A stretch of 62,824 nucleotides of DNA, counting the filler, from Asterionella formosa (lineage: Eukaryota), in NCBI GenBank assembly GCA_002256025.1. It is 10 parts of 10 records of this genome, joined end to end, with 100 filler letters (N's around TTAATTAATTAA, not from the genome) between each part and the next. Parts side by side here need not be neighbours in the genome. Positions count along the whole stretch, not along the records: positions 18,143 to 36,166 come from NKIB01004185.1; 9 more parts are not named here. One strand, written 5' to 3'. Numbering within the stretch: the stretch's first letter is position 1; each line of letters opens with the position of its first letter. The notes beneath the pieces are model-generated. The model was not told the DNA's origin. It saw only the letters and a list, made by a program, of their open reading frames with translations, and did no database searches. The translations under genes were made by a program, and so were the position numbers. This document shows, in pieces, positions 22,208 through 34,624 of the stretch.

Positions 22208-23335
22208 GGGGCAATCTTAACAGAGATACAAATAATTATTTTTTGTTGTATCTTCAGAAAAAATTTCACAAATGCATCTCAGTATCAGTGAAACAGTTAG
22301 CCGTTTTTCGTGTCTCTGCAAACATGTGCATCAGAATCTGCAAAAATAGTGACAATGTGTACTTCAATTATCCAACCTGTCTAATGATCATCATTACTCA
22401 AATGAGAATGACAAATCAACCAGAGTAACCTGACAGCTGGGCTTTCATTGAAAATCTTGATTTAGAACAGGAAATACAACAAGAGCAACAAACAAACCTT
22501 TTTGTTACTTGCAGAGTTGCATTATGGACAAAACTTGAAGCCAGTGCAATCAGCAAAATTGGAGCATCAACAACTTGACTGGAATGATCATGTCACAAAG
22601 CTTCTCCATGAGAATAGGGTTCATTGTTAATATTGCATGTCTCTTCAAGTTTTCAACCAACTACTGGAACAACTTCGACCTTCCATCAGTTGATGCTATC
22701 AAATTAAAGCAAGTTCCGGTTTATATAGGACAAATTGGCATATTTATCCCAAGTTGATCCTTGCCATTGGCCTTTGCTGACTTGCAGGCAGAAACATCAT
22801 AGACATTCATCATGTCTATGGAGTTTCTTATCCACCTGTTAATGCAATCACTAAAATCTTCCTTGATGTGGTGAACTCCTGAACAGCATTATAAATTTAA
22901 TTCCCACTAACAAATCCTTGTAACAAACAAAGAGAAATAAGCAGTGATGAATGGATTTCTTGAAAATAGCAAACAGCAACTATTTTGTGGATGTATTGCT
23001 GCTATAGATAGGCATTTAAAGCCTATTTAAAAATCAAGAAAATATGATAATGTCAGCTTCTAACAAGCATATCAGTCTGGGCATTATATGTAATATTGAA
23101 TTGAAAGTTCAAGCTATTTACAGCAGTAATTGTTGCTTCCTTAACTTTGTGTTTTAGCACCAGGAAAATGTCCAGATCAGAAGAGGACATTTGAAAGGAC
23201 ACATTTTTCAGATGGTATACAACTTTTGTCCAGGACAAAAATACTAGGTGATGCTGCTTACACATTGACTAATCAAGTGGTCCTCTGTCCCATTTTTGGA
23301 AGTCAAAGGGAATCAAAAAACAATGATGCAGGCAT
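22208..23335 (+). mobile_element. Degenerate PIF/Harbinger DNA transposon (TIR plus DDE transposase remnant)
   Basis: TAA followed by the TIR GGGGCAATCTTAACAGAGATAC; FCGCIAAID at ~22984; ILGDAAYTLTNQVVLCPIFGSQRESKNNDA at ~23241; many stops, strongly CpG-depleted. Confidence 0.75.
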
Positions 23336-23429
23336 GATAGGATTATGCAATATGACATGGCACCACTGGTTTGCTGTTGCATATTTGCCATTAGATTGGG
23401 AGACACAATACTCAGGTGGGATACATGGT

Positions 23430-26400
23430 AATTTTCCATCGGGATATGCATTTTTTTCAAGAAATTCGTTTAAAAACTTTTAATCATCTGACACTTTACA
23501 ACGTTCACATCCAATATCGGGATTATCAGCATCTTCAAATGAAACCAGGCAATCACGACAAACATATAGTCGATATAATCCATTACCACCCCTGAAACCA
23601 CAAATTTTGTTGTGCACTTCTGTATCACCAATGATCATTCCAATCTGGAAATAAACTTTTGTCATACCAAGACCATGAACCCAAATATCGTATGACTTGT
23701 TTGGATCGCTCTTCGAATGGCGACAATAGAAATCCTGTAACAGAATGGTATAATTTGAGTCTAGCTAGTACATAAGGACAAGTCATCAACAGATAAATTC
23801 TTATTCATTTGTTTCTCCAGATCACTTACTTCAATTTCTGGCAAAAGAGATACCAATTGCCATCCATCAACTTTTTTCATTCCTTCCTTCTAACGTTAAA
23901 TTTAAGATTGTCAACAAAAACGGATGCTCGGAATGTTTCATTTGTTTATCAATAGCTAGGTGAACCATCACTGAAAACTGCTAGGGCAACAAATAGGATA
24001 TGAACAGGATAGAATGAAAATGAATGATTAATAATAAATTTAGCATCACTCTGATCATGCTGTGCTGGACAATACAGAGTCGTGAAATTAGCACTCCACC
24101 ATAGTAGTAAAAATGGAGGTATACCACTACATACAGTAAAGGCGCCACTACTAGTATAGAGCAACATCAATGTTTTCCTAACATCTATGATATGGTTTGT
24201 GCATTGTAGAAGTCTCACACTAACTATATAAATTATGTAACTACTAAGCATGCATTCTTGGATTCTGTTAGAGCCATTCAAAATCAACGTCGTCATCAAT
24301 GTCCTATTGATTAATGCGTTCATGGTAATCAATATTCTTCTCAGGAACATTTGGCTGAAGTGGTTCAACATATTGATGCATATCCTCTTCACTTACATTG
24401 GGAAATGAGAAGTATGAGTTTGGGTAGATGATATTTGTTGTGGAAGTAGCAATTCCACTAGGAATCCTTCCATATTCAGATCGATTCTTTTGTGAAAGTC
24501 CAGTGTAGATTTCCTTATAATAACCGAGTAACTCATCAGTCCATTGATCAGTGAGACCATTTGAAACTGAACTTGCTTCCCTCACATTTTTTGATAAGTG
24601 GTTGCCCACCAATGTCGACAAAATCAGTAGAATGACGAATATTGTTCCTTCTCTGAAATTTCCTGCGTATCTGGATTGAAACCCAAATTTTTGTTGCAAT
24701 CGGAATTTTCCTTTCAGCACCAAGAAGCAAAATGCTTCTGTACTGGCATTGATCAGGCAGCGAACCAACAAATCATCATGATTGCAATTCAGCATAGTAC
24801 TGTGCCCGAAGACTCAGTTGAAATTTGGTCACACCAGATTTGTCTCCTGTTAAAAATGGTTCTCCACGGCTTGTCCTGCCTATAAAATACACTGTGCGTA
24901 GCAAGAACATAAGCACGCCAGACTTGGTATCCTCGGCTTCCTCTGTCAATGTCCTTTGACTGCGCAAAACGATAAAGCGTGAACGCCCACCTAATAAAGT
25001 CATCAATATCCATAGTCTGGAAGTTAGCTATATTCTGTTAGACCAGCTGGTGTGTCATGAATTATATTAGCATTTTTAATTCAAACATATTTGATAAGAA
25101 TATAATCAGCAACTCAAAACATCATGCTTTCAGAGCATCTCCCGCCCTGCAAGAACTTGCCTAAGATTCCTTTAAATCGATTATTCAATACATTCTGACA
25201 TTCTCTAGCTCAACTTTTTAATGCACATGCCACCAAATGTTGATATAATATTATCTAAACCTGCCTTGTTGGTACGTTCAATGGTCTGATTCATCGGCAG
25301 TAGTGCATCAGACCCATTCCATATGAAATCACTCTCCAATTCTTTGCCTAACTCCGGTTTCACTGTGTATAACCGAGTTAGGCAGGTCAACATTGGGCAA
25401 ACCAATCCTGGCTGTTTGTGATTGGAAATGCCCTTCATACTACTTGGACGAGATAGGCAGGGCGGGATGTTTGATTCTCTTTTGGGACCAGAAAAAAGCA
25501 CATTAGATGATATTCTGTTTTACAGTACCTGCAATTCACGAATTCTAACCTCAAACTTACATGTTCACAGCAAAACTTCTTGGTCTTGAAAGCAAATAAA
25601 ACTCACAGCCATTGTGGCAAATGATGGATCGATTCAATTTTAGCTAAGCAGTAAGCAGGAACGACGTTCTGATTAGGCTGCTGAAATTGAAGATTCTTGA
25701 TAACCTCGTATGGACGAGTTTTGAACCGAATTACGACCTTTGTAGTGATTGAGTTCATTGACCAATTGAAAATATCCTTTGGCAATTGCAAATTGTTTTT
25801 CCCTCAGTTTTTCATGTACTTGTTGGTCCGTGTGATTAGAAAATTTATGATATGGTACCATGTTGTCCATCTGCATCCGGGAGTTATTAATGATATCATC
25901 GACAGGAGCCATTTTTCTTGTATCAACAACTGAAAAAGAAACGTCATCATCGCTTTGAGTATCAATTACGGGATCCTTTGTACTAGTAGCTGATGGTGTC
26001 CCCATCGACAATGGGGAAGTACCCCCACTAACTCCCTGTTGCCGATTGGGTTCCTTTGGATAATCGCCTATTCGCTTTTTCTTTGTTATCTCATTTTGGT
26101 ACTTGCTTCTTTGTTTGTCGTTGTCTGCCTTAAAGTTCGATGATCTTAAAATCAGGTGTTGCAAACTACAATGAAATGAATCATCAGCCAGCACTACATG
26201 TAATATTTTACGCTGTCTAGATATGATACCATAAAACCAACAGTGCTATTTACATTATCATATACAAAATCAGAACCAAGTTTGAGTAATAGCATATCTT
26301 GTTTTCAATTATACGATTATACAATCCTAAAAATGTGATGATTTACTGTCCCACTGCAGTAGCAGCAGTCATGAACATATGGTGTTCAGTTGCTTGCTTA

Positions 26401-26510
26401 CTACTCCACCTACTATTTTTAAATTTTACGATCGTACAATCCTGAAACTATGATGATTTACTGTCCTGCTGCAGTAGCAACAGTCATGAACATATGGTGT
26501 TCTGTTGCTC
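23430..26510 (-). mobile_element. Degenerate Plavaka-like (CACTA/EnSpm-related) DNA transposon with accessory ORF fragments
   Basis: LKLYHSVTGFLLSPF and MIIGDTEVHNKICG...VCRDCLVSFEDADNP at 23480-23770; accessory ORF STEAFCFLVLKGKF...NGLTDQWTDELLGYYKEI at 24304-25013; other copies of its parts occur in this window. The family name is from memory of the motifs. Confidence 0.6.
26305..26510. repeat. Tandem duplication (~115-bp period)
   Basis: tacaatcct...tgatgatttactgtcc..ctgcagtagca.cagtcatgaacatatggtgttc occurs twice. Confidence 0.8.
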
Positions 26511-28254
26511 ACTTACTACCTGGTACTCTGACTACCTAGTACCCTCAGTATATCACTTCCTACCTGCTACTGGTACTCTGTATAGAAATGATAAAATGTT
26601 ATTTTCATATGATGTACCGGTACACATGAAGAACTCCCGCCCAAAAAAGGGGCTTAAAAATTTTGCTACCAAAATCCTTGCGTATAAAATGGGTTATGAC
26701 TTACACCAATTGAATGGTCTGCCGGTAAATAATTAGTTCCAACGGTCATAGACAATATTGATGCAAACAAATTTCAGAAACAGTACCGGTACACGATGTC
26801 GTGGAAAACAATGGACATATTGTGCATTGAATATTTTCGAATTGTCTATATGCAAATATGATCATCTCAACAATAGCTAACAGATGTTCCATATTGAGAG
26901 TGCCTTTGATTTTTATAAATGTACGACACTTGATTTATTTATATATTTACAAATTTTATAACTATATACACGGCATATTTGAAATTGTTCTGTCATGTTA
27001 GCAAACAATGCCTGCTTCATGAAAAGAAATATGCAAAGTAGTAAAGCACATGACAAGAAAGGAAAGTTTACGCAATAACGAAAAACATTGTGGCTTCGAC
27101 ACATGGCGCTTTCGAAGGATGGAGTATGTTTAAGGTAATGAAGCCATGAATGTGGACCTTGGATGACAATTGTTGGTAGGTAGTTCAACAACAAATTGTA
27201 AACTAAACGCACATTTCCTTTTTTCTCATTTGAATCAACAGCTCGTTTTGCTTGTTGGGGAGCACCAATGTAAAACAAAACAAAATTGGTAAGTGCTCTT
27301 GTCATTGGACCTATTCACTTCTGATGGAACATAACTGACGGACAAGCCACGTCTACCTTCTCTCAAAGTTAAGCTAACGATAATGAATCGTTAAGTTTTA
27401 TTCGGCAACATTGGAATCCTGAAACTTACGTATTCAAGAATTTGCTGACAATTTACTATTACAGACTTATACATCACTTGCTATGATTTGTGGTAAGTGA
27501 AGCAAGCAAGAGGATACGATGGAATGGCGTGATGTTGTGTCAGTGTAAGACAACATCATGTCTAGCTAACAAATCATTCCTTCTCATTGTTATTGTAACT
27601 GCATAGGACAATAAAACCGATCAAACAACAGAAAGTCGTCGGCGAGTTCAGAATGACACTAACAGCGGTGAGAGAGACGCAATATTAGTAAGGCATTGCT
27701 TGGCACAAGATTCAGAATAGAGGAAGAAAAGGGCGAGACAGGAACAATATACATTGAGCCGAGTAGAGAGGAGAGAAAAATTCCTCAGGTAGCTGTCGAA
27801 ACAGAAATATCATTGCTAAATTTGTTAATTAAATTATGATCCATTCCAACCTATTTTAAACAATGGTTGTGATTAGAATTTTGATCATGCTTAAGATAGA
27901 TTTACAATGAAACAATTCACATGATAGCATAGAGTTGAGCTGATTTTAGGTTGCGTTGTAGTAATAATTTACATCGGGCGATCATGAGAAGCGAAAATAA
28001 TATGAGAAGGTTCATGATATTGATGAGAAATGTTGTTGATCAGTTGATATACACTGTGTGATGATAACATTCTTATTATCATTATACTTCAAGGTCGGTA
28101 AAATATTAATAAATCATCATAGTTATAGGATACCTTGATCATAGTTTTGATCCAAAACTTATCATATATACGAAAATCCTGTGCCATTTATCATATGATA
28201 GTACCCTTGATCCTATATGCATGATACTTTTTATTTGCAGACAATACCTTATTC

Positions 28255-28830
28255 TTAAACAGCTTTCAATACTTCTCCTATCTGGTACTGCCCACCAAAT
28301 AATATTACAACTATGTACTTGAATAACAACAATTCATCACTTTGCGTCTTCACCTTTCTTTCCAACATCTGCACGTGTTTTTGTTCAATGACAAGCTGAG
28401 CATTTGCGAGCAGCTTACTATCTTTTGCTGCTTTCGTCCCCATGGGACGCACAATGAGTAACTCAGGACTCTTCTTTGTGATTTGCTACTGATCTCGGAC
28501 ATATCCACACCCACCCTTCCACTTTGGGGCACCCTTCGAACAGGAATTCTCTACCCAGTTTCCTTCCTTTTCCCATTTAAATAGCTCCCTGGCTTCATCA
28601 AGGTAGTTGTCGTTTGTCCATTACGTAACCTGTGAATAGAGGCCGCAAAACTTTGTCACACCTTGATTGATTGTTCCCCATCGAGCAGTGCATGCTGTTG
28701 AGGTGCGATCCTTCCCATCTGGGATAAGCTCAACATAGATCTCAAATACCCTGCTCCAAAACTTGCTTGCTTTCTGACCAGTCCCAGTGATTGCGTCTTC
28801 ACTTGCAGCTACCCAGGCCCGAGAGAGTGG
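28255..28830 (-). pseudogene. Myb/SANT-like plus NAM-associated ORF remnant (Harbinger/PIF accessory-type)
   Basis: LSRAWVAASEDAITGTGQKASKFWSRVFEIY...DRTSTACTARWGTINQGVTKFCGLYSQV*, followed by RPMGTKAAK; interrupted by stops and frameshifts. Confidence 0.75.
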
Positions 28831-29424
28831 GTCGGAGTGATGTATACCTCACACCAAGATCACATTGGCCTATAGAGTTCTACATGAAGAGACTATAGTG
28901 AATGTACTGTACTAATTAGCTACTATGTATGCACTCATTAAACTATAAACGTTAGGTTGCTGGTGCAAGCCACAATCTAAACCAATAGAAATACTCCTTT
29001 TATTTGGCTGTGGTCAGAGTCTAATTGACCAAATACCTGATATTTGGTCGATAAGGGGGTCATCCTCAATCAAGGCCAAAGCATATTTGGTCTTGGTCGA
29101 TGCGGTGGCTAAAATATATTTTTTTTTTCGACCAACACAATGCATCATGATGTGTAATGACCCGGAACTTCAATTGGCTTGGTATTTGGTTGATGCGGTG
29201 GCGATACTCCAATCATTGGTGATCATATCACAGATGATTTTAAAGAGTGAATTGATGACGTTTTCTATGTAATGAAACGCCTGTCCTGCGTCAATTTCAG
29301 CAAAATGACCGCAACTTGCTGCTCCTGTGGCGATGATGGTTAAGCGCAAATGAAAACGAATGAAAGAAGAGTCGCTTTAGGGCCGTTCTTATCGTTCTGT
29401 CATTTTGAAATATCCGCCGTGATC

Positions 29425-30216
29425 ATGAGGATCATTGTTGTCATTTCCAACTCGCTTCTATGGTTGTCGGTGATAGCATTTCCTTCTGTCTGTTCGCCTC
29501 CTCGTTTTGACCGTTTCTGTGAGCCAATGATTGGCTCTTGGCACTATGACACCAACCAAGATCCGTTTTCAGTAGCAGAAGTCATGAGATCTTGTGGTGG
29601 CGCGGTTCAGGGAATCCGCGACCTTTCGTTGTGCAGAATGGACGCCATTTATCTCAATAGAGCATATGATGGCTTTTTGTATTGGGATTGTGGATCGTTC
29701 TTACATGGACCGATTGGTGGCCCAAGTCCGGGGACGGTGTTTGAAGTAAATTTGGGAATGGAAGACATGTCTAGGATACGAATAACCGCAACCATTGACA
29801 ACAGTTTATTGGCAGTGAACCAAATGAAAAGATTTCAAAAAGGTACCTGGGCAAGAAAAGATAAAACATTTGATGATGACGATTTCAGTGTTGATCGAAG
29901 AACTGTTGAAGAAGTGGGACCCATTGATTGGGATTCTTGTATGCAATGTCAAATGGCTTCACTTTCCCAGCCGTGGGCATTGCAAAGAGCTCAATGGATG
30001 TTTCAAGATTTATCCAATGGAAATCAATACAAGACCAAACAAGAAGTCTCATTGAAAATCTAAGCATGGGTATCCATGGAGGCAACCGTAGAAGGGACGC
30101 ATTTGCGTTTCGGTGTTGCTTGTCCCAAATCAGGCCTAGCAAAAGAGATTATTTCCAAGTACGGCATAAATGGAAAGTTACAACGTGTGATTTTGCGAAA
30201 AAGTGAAGGTTCATAG
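29425..30216 (+). CDS. Unknown protein with signal peptide, possibly plastid-targeted; in-frame TAA at 30061-30063
   Basis: MRIIVVISNSLLWLSVIA-FPS resembles a bipartite leader. The frame continues for 50 codons past the TAA to a TAG at 30214-30216. Confidence 0.6.
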
Positions 30217-30512
30217 ATGGAGTTTCTTGGCTAACTGTATGGCATAATATACCAATCGTCGAAATGCTACAAGATACTGGCCATGATTGTTCTGCAGTAT
30301 TCTAAGTTGTTGGCACAACAGTTTCCAACATGGTTAGCGATAGAGCATGACACAGTAATTTCGCGGAGACGAGCTTGAACAAATCAGTATTTTACAATGA
30401 AATCTATTCCGGTATTTATTCAAGGTGAAAGCCAGTGAAGTCTTAATGTTGTGTCAATCAGAAGTGTTTTTCTTGGATTGTCAATTGACATATGCTAGCC
30501 CATAGGCCAATT

Positions 30513-31517
30513 TCATCTCTTGGTAACAAATAAAATATCTTCATCGGTTCCAGTTGCTCTCCAAGCTTCTTCAAAGCCACTTGGACATATGTAGCTTGTT
30601 TCTTCTGATATGGCTGGATTTTTTATAACCATGCAGTATTTCGACATTGTTCCGTCTACACGAGCCAAATGTTCTGGTTGAAAGCTAATGCCACAAAGAA
30701 TAACATAATGTCCCGCGTAGGTACTTCCAACCCTTTTCCGTAGAATTGAGTTGTCGAGTAATACAATGGCAATACAATCCTCCCGTGATATCAATCGAAC
30801 CACTTGAGCTAGACTGAGGTACTTGAGGCACAGCACTGGCCAACCAGAACGAGCTGCTTCTTGAAATCTTTGATTCACTCTCACTTCATCCTGATGAAAT
30901 GCTCTTTGATAGTATCCCAATGCGCGGTGCCTCTGATCAACTCCAAAAGTGTTGGAACACAGCATAAATGCCGCTTCGTCCTTCTGAATGATAGTTGCTA
31001 GTAGATATATCAAGTCAATGGACCATATTGATTCCGTCCCTATTACTTGTAGCATAGTTTCTCTACTCTCACAACAGCCATCAGTTCGAATCCACATCAT
31101 GACCATTTGCACACATGCAATCCCACAATCCCACAGTTCCCCTTGCTTCACGTGTACGAGCTGGGTTGGTGCATCGTGGCACATGTGATTCGAGATTGGA
31201 CTTGTTGGGAACAATCGTAGCAGCGCGGCTTCCAGAGAATCCAGATCTTCTTGGGATTCTACTACCGGTAGTCCATTTTCGTAAGTAAATGGATCATTGG
31301 AGGAAAATCGACGCCATGCTGCCATCCAAGTATTTGCCACAAAAGAAGAAATTCGAAACGCCGGCGATGATTCCTTTGAATTAATATCATGGCGTTTCGA
31401 TTCATTCGATGTCATGCTGTTCCTGCCTTTCATCGAATTATGGTTATTGTAAGAATCACAGGGAAGAGCTTTGGGGGCCAGGAGAGAGACGATCAATGCA
31501 AAGAACTGCATTACCAC
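30513..31517 (-). CDS. GUCD1: GUCD1 / AtGC1-like protein (Guanylate_cyc_2, C39-peptidase-like fold)
   Basis: HVKQGELWDCGIACVQM, SIWSIDLIYLL, YAGHYVILCG, FEEAWRATGTDEDILFV. Confidence 0.88.
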   Translation of the reverse strand: MVMQFFALIVSLLAPKALPCDSYNNHNSMKGRNSMTSNESKRHDINSKESSPAFRISSFVANTWMAAWRRFSSNDPFTYENGLPVVESQEDLDSLEAALLRLFPTSPISNHMCHDAPTQLVHVKQGELWDCGIACVQMVMMWIRTDGCCESRETMLQVIGTESIWSIDLIYLLATIIQKDEAAFMLCSNTFGVDQRHRALGYYQRAFHQDEVRVNQRFQEAARSGWPVLCLKYLSLAQVVRLISREDCIAIVLLDNSILRKRVGSTYAGHYVILCGISFQPEHLARVDGTMSKYCMVIKNPAISEETSYICPSGFEEAWRATGTDEDILFVTKR

Positions 31518-31589
31518 ACTCCTCTTTTCATCATTCCATACATGGCAAGCTATAGTTTGAGCGACGAGTGGTTATGTTCGACAACTCCC

Positions 31590-31710
31590 ATTACCGGTAT
31601 TATACCAGGGTACCTGGTACCGGTATCATTTTCCATGCATCACATGATGTAGACAATCATGGAGGTCTACCCTGGTACCTGGTACCAGGTACCGGTAACT
31701 GGTATATACA
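31590..31710. repeat. GGTACC-rich tract
   Basis: cagggtacctggtaccggta and cctggtacctggtaccaggtaccggtaactggta, upstream of GUCD1. Confidence 0.75.
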
Positions 31711-33184
31711 GGGACTTTCCCAAAACGGGATGAAACAGTAAAAACTATTTCGGTAGAAAATTCAACTGCCCATAATTGGAATTTGCACCATAACTACACC
31801 CCAATTGCACCACGATACTTAGAGTGCCAGGTACCGGGTAGCCAGAATTGCACCAGACTATTGTTTGTTGAATAATTTGTTCACTTGCTTAACTTGCCAA
31901 TTTTGCATCCATATACTTGAATTATCAGAATGAGTAAGGGGATCACACATGGCGAGACAAAAAAGCTTGCCAATCTACCTTGGCCAGGATGTCTTGTATG
32001 CCAAGGAAATACCAGCAGATGCTGAAGAGCAATAAGGTAGCCCAAGGAATTCTGAATGCTTTGCACAAATTGAAAAAGGCATCTATTGACCGACGTTTGG
32101 CTAGATTGACTGGTACAAGTGCATTACAATATTGTACAGAAATAAGCTATGAGCAAGGTTCATTTTCATGGTCTTACAAAATTCTTCAAGTTGATGGTCT
32201 TTATGAGTCACTGGTGATGCTTAAGGACAAATGTCCTGCAAACTGTCCATCCATGATGATAAAATCCCTTGTAATGTATGTATGGGTAGAAATACAATGC
32301 TTCTAGTATGACATTATTGGATCTCAGAGGAAAGGAAGTGGTTGATGTCATGGGTGATCTTATAAAATGTTGTCAGGATCCCTTATAACTTACCACAAGG
32401 ATCATCCTGCTCTACTTGGATCTGGTAATCCTGTATACAATTCAGTTGTTACAGATTGTTTAGATAGAATTGGGATAGATAGACGAGACTACTCAAGGCA
32501 ACCTAGTACAGAGCAGCTCCAACCTTGCTGGGAATGATTGTAGAGTTAATTGGTTAGTTAAATCAAAGAAATAGCATGGTAATGATGGCAACAACCAGTG
32601 ACCGATTTCAACCATCACATTTGGTGAGCTTGTTATTTTAGTTCTGTGCTGATGTGCATGATGCAACAACATTGGAGAGGAATATTGAACAGGTCCACAT
32701 GCGCAACAATAACATTTCAAAATGACTCCATGCTGGCGTCATGTCATTTCTGCACCACATATTTATTCACACATTAGTTATTTGAAGGAAATTATTTATT
32801 TTATACTTTTAACATTACATATAAATTATCAAGATTCATATACTCTGCTATTGTTGTAGTAAAAAGAGTTTTGCATTGTTCTAGTATGTTATGTTGCAGA
32901 CTCTATCCTTTCAATAGCGGCCTGAGAGGTCAATAGTTTTACGGCAAGTACTAATTGTTGATTGAACTGGTACCACCATAGGCTTCTGACGAGACTCAGC
33001 CAGGAAGCAGATCGGACAAGGCTACTGCATAGTATGTTTGGTACCCGTCAGAAAGGCTCTTTGCATCTAACCCCTCACATCCAATCATTGGATCATCAGC
33101 ACCATGCAGCCAAACAAATCATGATATGGCAGTAGGTTGTAAACTGAAGATGCGCAGCAGGAGTGGTTATACCACATTGCTATA

Positions 33185-33351
33185 AGTTCACTGCTTTTGT
33201 TTGAGTCTGATGCACATGTATGCAGAGACACAAAAAAAGCTAACTGTTTTGCTATTACTGAGATATATTTGTGATATTCTAAAGATTGATTTTTTCTGAA
33301 GAGACAATAAAAATTAAATTTCATTTGGAGTATCTCTGTTTAGTCCTGCCA
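33185..33351 (-). mobile_element. Second, inverted copy of the Harbinger terminal region found at 22208-22355
   Basis: The reverse complement aacagagatac...cttcagaaaaaat...atctcagta...aaacagttagc...gtgtctctgca.acatgtgcatcaga matches 22219-22337. It is flanked by TAA at 33352-33354. Confidence 0.75.
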
Positions 33352-33480
33352 TAAGGAATACGACCAAGTACCCTGGTGCTGGTTCAATTGGTCTGCATGG
33401 GCATACTGTACAGAGCTTATAACATGAGGCCACATCAGTTCAGTTCTACCGGACAAAGTACCAGGATACTGTGTACCTCC

Positions 33481-33605
33481 ACCGGACAATCCTCCAGTAT
33501 TTGAGAAAATGATCGAACTGTTGTTCATCAAGACGAACACGGTGAAGCTAGTGATTTTCGGTTGAAGTTTAGCGAAAACCACCTCCTACCGGACGATTGT
33601 CCGGT
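33481..33605. mobile_element. Candidate MITE (125 bp, 19-bp TIRs)
   Basis: accggacaatcctccagta ... taccggacgattgtccggt (17/19 inverted match); no clear TSD. Confidence 0.5.
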
Positions 33606-34039
33606 TAATATCTAGTACTAGCTTGCAGTAGCTCTCTACTGAAGATTAATTTTTTAAATGGAATCCTGATTGAGCGAAAATGTGCTTTTTTGTCAGTACA
33701 AGTGTGATACATACGTGGCTGCAACTATAATTTAGAATTGCACCAATCAACATCACTCTAGCTAACGTATGACATATACCATTTCTGTGAGTATAAATAT
33801 GGTACATAATAAACATTTTTTGCTAATTTGCACATTTTTGGTTGCATCCTCTTCCCTTTGTGCTCACCATCATGATGTCAGATGTCCCTCTTCATCCTCA
33901 TGGCATTACTTTACAGGAATTCAATGAGCAGATGATGACGGACAAGAAGGGTACTTGCTGGGCATAAATTTCTGACAGTTTGGCCCCTTTTTGCTGGTGT
34001 GCTGAACAGAAACCAGGATGGCTTACAGTTGCTTATTCC

Positions 34040-34420
34040 CTGCTGGTCCCAATCAATTGAAGAGATTTTCATCTATTTTAAAGCAAAAGCCAAGAAAGGA
34101 CAGCTATTTGAATAAGGTATTGAATCAAACAACATCAGCATGCACAGTGTAAGGAAGGGGGCTGCTACTTATACTAGTGCCTGCCCAGGGGGACCTTCAT
34201 CAGGTTCTATCAGTGTAAATGGTGGATGGTCAATGGGCAGAGTCAAGGACATCGATGTCCAGTGGTATGAGCATTTGTGGGAAGGTCCTTATGTGGTCTA
34301 CCCATGTTACTTGCATGATTCTCTTCCTCTCCCCTATGTTTTTAAATCTGAAACTTACGGTAATGAAACGACCAAGGCTGCAGTGTTTCCAATGATGCTC
34401 CTATGTATGTATCAGTTGAT
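34040..34420 (+). mobile_element. Crypton-like tyrosine recombinase remnant
   Basis: HSVRKGAATYTSACPGGPSSGSISVNGGWSMGRVKD matches the H-x-x-R ... GWSxG.V.D.Y box of Crypton recombinases; degenerate. Confidence 0.7.
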
Positions 34421-34624
34421 GTACTACCCAGTATATCAGGAAGGTCCGGTAATCTGCGCACATAGCGTGCAGGTTGCTCGTTTTCTGTTCATCGATTCAC
34501 TTACGAGAAAAAGGAAGGGGTATACCCCAAAAATTGTCGAACCCCTAAATTTTGCGCCACTCCGATATTCTTGAAATAGTCGTTTACATAGACATTAAGC
34601 CGTTACTCGTTTTATTGTCAAAAT

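Noticed and set aside
30513..31517. True guanylyl cyclase signalling gene
   Set aside because: There are no class III cyclase motifs; the Q...C...H pattern fits the GUCD1/C39-like family, whose activity is uncertain.
31980..33080. Coding remnants (GNPVYNSVV; CPICFLAESRQKP)
   Set aside because: Too fragmentary to assign to a family.
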